Positions 61,024 to 64,000 of a DNA stretch of 64,000 bases are shown here, piece after piece. Origin of the DNA: Alphaproteobacteria bacterium (lineage in GTDB: Bacteria > Pseudomonadota > Alphaproteobacteria > Bin95); the NCBI GenBank assembly GCA_038102935.1, contig JAYNYG010000002.1, positions 62,027 to 126,026 of the forward strand, read 5' to 3'. The number at the start of each line of letters is the position of its first letter. Within the stretch, counting starts at the first letter, position 1. The notes under the pieces are model-generated. The model was not told where the DNA came from and searched no databases. It saw only the letters and a list, made by a program, of their open reading frames with translations. The position numbers and the translations under genes are program-made.

Positions 61024-62172
61024 TCACATTATCTCGCGCGCAAAGGCCTGGATATCGCCGATTAGCGCATCCGGTTCCTCCATGGCGGCGAAATGGCCGC
61101 CGCGCGGGAATGATGTCCACCGGGCGACGTTGTAAACGCGCTCCGCATAGGATCGGGGCGGCCAGGACAGCAACTCCTTCGGGAAGAGCGCGCAGGCCGT
61201 CGGCGTTTCAACACGGCTCCCATCGGCGGACAGAATACGGCCGCCTTCCGCCGCGCGGCCTGCATAGATCCAACTTGCGGTCGCGAAGCTATCAGTCACG
61301 AGGTAAATCATGATGTTGGCGAGCAACGCATCCTTCGTGTGCGCGCTTTCCACATCATCGCCTTCGGTATCCGACCACGCGTTGAACTTCTCAACGATCC
61401 ACGCAGCAACGCCAACCGGACTGTCCGCCATGGCGAAGCCAAGGCTCTGCGGTTTGGTCGCCTGCTGCGTGCGATAGCCCATTTGCGGGGCTTGTTCGGC
61501 CTCAAATTCCCGTTCCCAGGCTTCTTCATCAGGATTTTGCGGGCCAGCGTGATGCCGCATGATGAAGATGTTCACATGGATGGCGGCGCAGGCGGGCGCA
61601 TGATCGTAACCAAGCCAAGTGGAGACAGCGCCGCCCCAATCGCCGCCTTGGGCCAAGTAGCCATCATACCCAAGCCGATCCGTCATCAGTGTATTGAAGA
61701 GTGCGGCGATCTTGCGGGGGCCGATCGGGTGCGGCGGCGCGCCGGAGAAGCCGAAACCCGGTAGCGAGGGCGCAACAACATCAAATGCATCCGCCGCATC
61801 CCCGCCGAACTGTTCGGGATGCGCCAGCCGGTTGATCACATGCCGGAACTCATCCACGGACCCTGGCCAGCCATGCGAGAGGATAAGCGGTCGCGGGTTC
61901 GGGCCGCTGCCTTTCTCGTGGATGAAGTGAACATCGATCCCGTCGATCTCCGTCAGAAAATGCTGATGCTGGTTCATGGCCGCTTCTTCACGCCGCCAAT
62001 CAAACCCGTCCAACCAGTAGCCGCAGAGTGCGCGGAGATAGCTGTGATTGGTCCCGTAGGTCCATCCATCGAGTGCGGGCATCTCATCCCATGGATAGGC
62101 TGCAACGCGCGCGCGGATGTGTTGAAGCTTGGAGTCGGGCACGTTGATTGTTAATGGTCGGATGGTGCTCAT
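61024..62172 (-). CDS. Epoxide hydrolase (EHN + alpha/beta hydrolase)
   Basis: FDWR, HGWPGS, PSLPGFGFS, QGGDWG, DSPVG.AAWI.EKF, GGHFAAMEEP. Confidence 0.93.
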   Translation of the reverse strand: MSTIRPLTINVPDSKLQHIRARVAAYPWDEMPALDGWTYGTNHSYLRALCGYWLDGFDWRREEAAMNQHQHFLTEIDGIDVHFIHEKGSGPNPRPLILSHGWPGSVDEFRHVINRLAHPEQFGGDAADAFDVVAPSLPGFGFSGAPPHPIGPRKIAALFNTLMTDRLGYDGYLAQGGDWGGAVSTWLGYDHAPACAAIHVNIFIMRHHAGPQNPDEEAWEREFEAEQAPQMGYRTQQATKPQSLGFAMADSPVGVAAWIVEKFNAWSDTEGDDVESAHTKDALLANIMIYLVTDSFATASWIYAGRAAEGGRILSADGSRVETPTACALFPKELLSWPPRSYAERVYNVARWTSFPRGGHFAAMEEPDALIGDIQAFAREIM

Positions 62173-62358
62173 GAGACCCTCGCTTTAGCGGTGAAATCAG
62201 AGTCTGGCGCAAATGAACTGGAATATCCACGGGGAGATTTTGCCGGAGGGAACGCCTCAAGCGCTCGCGACAAATGTTTATTGTGCAAGGCTTTAGAATT
62301 CCCAACAGCACTATTTGAACAGCGCCCAGTATCAAAACCCTTCTCTTAGGCGGGGCCA

Positions 62359-62388
62359 TTGACGGCTGCGACAAACCGCTCTCATACT
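62359..62388 (+). promoter_or_regulatory. Putative sigma70 promoter of the liv-remnant gene
   Basis: TTGACG-N18-CATACT upstream of the AGGGAG RBS and ATG 62436. Confidence 0.35.
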
Positions 62389-62435
62389 TCACGTGAGACC
62401 GCCATTAGTGGCGGCGACACTCAGGGAGAAAAATA

Positions 62436-62906
62436 ATGAAACGGTATTTGGCAGGCGCAGTCGCGCTTGCGGCGATGGGCGCGGGCAGCTTTGCAGTCGC
62501 TGAAGACATCAAGATTGGCGTGCTCTATCCAACATCCGGCGGCGGCGCGATTTATGGCGGCCCTGCGATGGTCGGCCATAACCTCGCTGTTGATGAGATC
62601 AACGCAGCGGGCGGCATCAACGGCCACAAGCTGGTGACGGTCGCACGTGATTCCAAATTGAACCCGGCAGCCGCAGCCTCCGCCGCCAAAGAAATGGTGA
62701 CGAAGGACGGCGTGAATGTGCGTGATCAGGTCAAGCTGCTGAAGGAAAGCGGCCTGACGATTATTCTGGCTGAACAGAATTTGAGCTTCATCCTCTACCT
62801 TTCCGACACGGTGCACATTCTAGAAAAGGGCGAGGTCAAGTGGTCCGGCACGGGCGCGGCCCTCAAAGCGGATAAGAGCATCGTCGAGCAATATCTGACG
62901 GTTTAG
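62436..62906 (+). pseudogene. Chimeric ORF: N-terminus of a branched-chain ABC substrate-binding protein fused in frame to the C-terminus of a LivF ATPase
   Basis: Signal + IKIGVL.P.SG...LAVDEINAAGGING..L....RDS (LivK-like) up to about KDGVNV, then LKESGLTIILAEQN...LSD.VHILEKGEV.WSG...V..YL.V (LivF end). Confidence 0.85.
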
Positions 62907-62927
62907 AGACCAAGCGGAGTATCCGGC

Positions 62928-63851
62928 ATGAGCAATGACCGCTTCGGGATGCGCTGGGGCTATGCTGGCGGCACGACGCTGGCCTCCATAGAAGAAGCCC
63001 GCGCCGCCGGGCGGTTCGCGGCAGAGGCAGGCTTCGACAGCTTCTGGATATCCCACGCGAAAGGCGTCGACCCGATGATGGCGCTCGCCTGCATCGCCGA
63101 TGACATCCCCGAACTCGGCGAGGTCGGAACCTCTGTAACGCCGCTCTATGGCCGCCATCCCATCGGTCTTTCACAGCTTGTGCGAACCGCGCAGAACGCA
63201 TTGGACGGGCGGTTTACACTGGGTGTCGGCGCGTCGGCCAAAGGCCATGCGGAAGATACGCTTGGTCTTTCCTGGGATAGGCCGTTTTCCTACACACGCG
63301 AATTCTTTGACGCGATGGAGCCGCTATTAGCGGGCAAGCCAGCGGATGTCGTCGGCGAGCAGGTGAGCGCCCATGGCGAGCTTAACATCGCCGCCAAACC
63401 AACGCCCATCCTGCTCGCAGCCCTTGGGCCGCGCATGCTAAAGTTCGCGGGCGCACGAGCGGCTGGCACAACGCTTGGCCAGTGCGGCCCGAAGACAATC
63501 GCATCCTATGTGAAGCCAATGTTGGACGCGGCGGCCGATGCAGCCGGACGCCCGCCGCCCCGCATCATGGCGCTGGTTCGCATTTGCGTGACAGACGACA
63601 AACCCGCCGCCAAAGCCTTCGCGCAGGAAGTATCCGCCTTCTATCAATCTATCCCCTCCTATGCCGCGGTTATCGCCAAAGAAGGCTTAGACGCGCCGGA
63701 AGACCTGCATCTCACCGGAAGCTGGCAGGAAATTCTGGACACACTGGCCCAATATGGCGAAGCCGGGGCTACCGACTTCCGCATCGAAGCCTCCTGCCCA
63801 GACGCAAAAACCCGGGAGGCGACGCGGGAGGCGCTGGCCGATTATCTGTAG
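62928..63851 (+). CDS. LLM-class, probably F420-dependent, oxidoreductase (MSMEG_4879-like)
   Basis: GFDSFW, EVGTSV.P.Y.RHP, GRFTLGVG.S, PILLAALGPRML..AG, Y..IPSY. Confidence 0.8.
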   Translation: MSNDRFGMRWGYAGGTTLASIEEARAAGRFAAEAGFDSFWISHAKGVDPMMALACIADDIPELGEVGTSVTPLYGRHPIGLSQLVRTAQNALDGRFTLGVGASAKGHAEDTLGLSWDRPFSYTREFFDAMEPLLAGKPADVVGEQVSAHGELNIAAKPTPILLAALGPRMLKFAGARAAGTTLGQCGPKTIASYVKPMLDAAADAAGRPPPRIMALVRICVTDDKPAAKAFAQEVSAFYQSIPSYAAVIAKEGLDAPEDLHLTGSWQEILDTLAQYGEAGATDFRIEASCPDAKTREATREALADYL

Positions 63852-63875
63852 CGCATCTTCTGAGCGGACTGCGGC

Positions 63876-64000
63876 GTGATACGTCCCCGCCTATCTGGCC
63901 ACGCCGATTTTCCAGCGAACGCCATCGGGCTCGGCATCATCTTCATCCTGCTGTCCTCCGTCATCTTTGCGCCGTTGACCCAGACAGCGACGAAGTTTCT
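63876..64000 (+). CDS. Probable DMT/EamA transporter, 5' fragment
   Basis: GTG-initiated frame open to the window end: ...NAIGLGIIFILLSSVIFAPLTQTATKF, typical of a DMT first TM segment. Confidence 0.5.
   Translation, partial: MIRPRLSGHADFPANAIGLGIIFILLSSVIFAPLTQTATKF

Noticed and set aside
62228-62270. Glycine-riboswitch-like words (GGGAGA...GCCGGAGG...AAGCGCTC) upstream of the liv remnant
   Set aside because: The conserved GCCGAAG and CTCAGG are mismatched, there is no second aptamer, and it lies upstream of the likely promoter

Overview
GC-rich chromosomal window, most likely from a marine alphaproteobacterium (inferred from gene content: dsyB, pse genes, SH3_4/DUF2842/17-kDa-antigen families, RIME-like repeats). 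It starts in the 3' end of rpoD. It then carries two back-to-back MNIO (DUF692) RiPP clusters of the bufferin type (bufA1-B1-C1-D, then bufA2-B2-C2) and an F420/FO biosynthesis segment (cofC, LLM oxidoreductase, fused fbiC). A three-gene surface-modification island follows. Its first gene is an unusual 1268-aa fusion of a lipid-A-type acyltransferase, an adenylation domain and a carrier protein, and its second gene looks like a circularly permuted GT4 with a long coiled coil. Further along are a dipeptide ABC transporter with an amber-interrupted ATPase, a complete pseudaminic acid pathway bracketed by two copies of a palindromic intergenic repeat, hydantoinase/oxoprolinase A/B, a DEAD-box helicase, a DMSP-synthesis methyltransferase (DsyB), pccB, and an in-frame livK/livF chimera that marks a deleted or misassembled branched-chain ABC operon. 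No rRNA, tRNA, CRISPR array, transposase or integrase was recognised. All family calls come from reading motifs by eye; no database searches were run.
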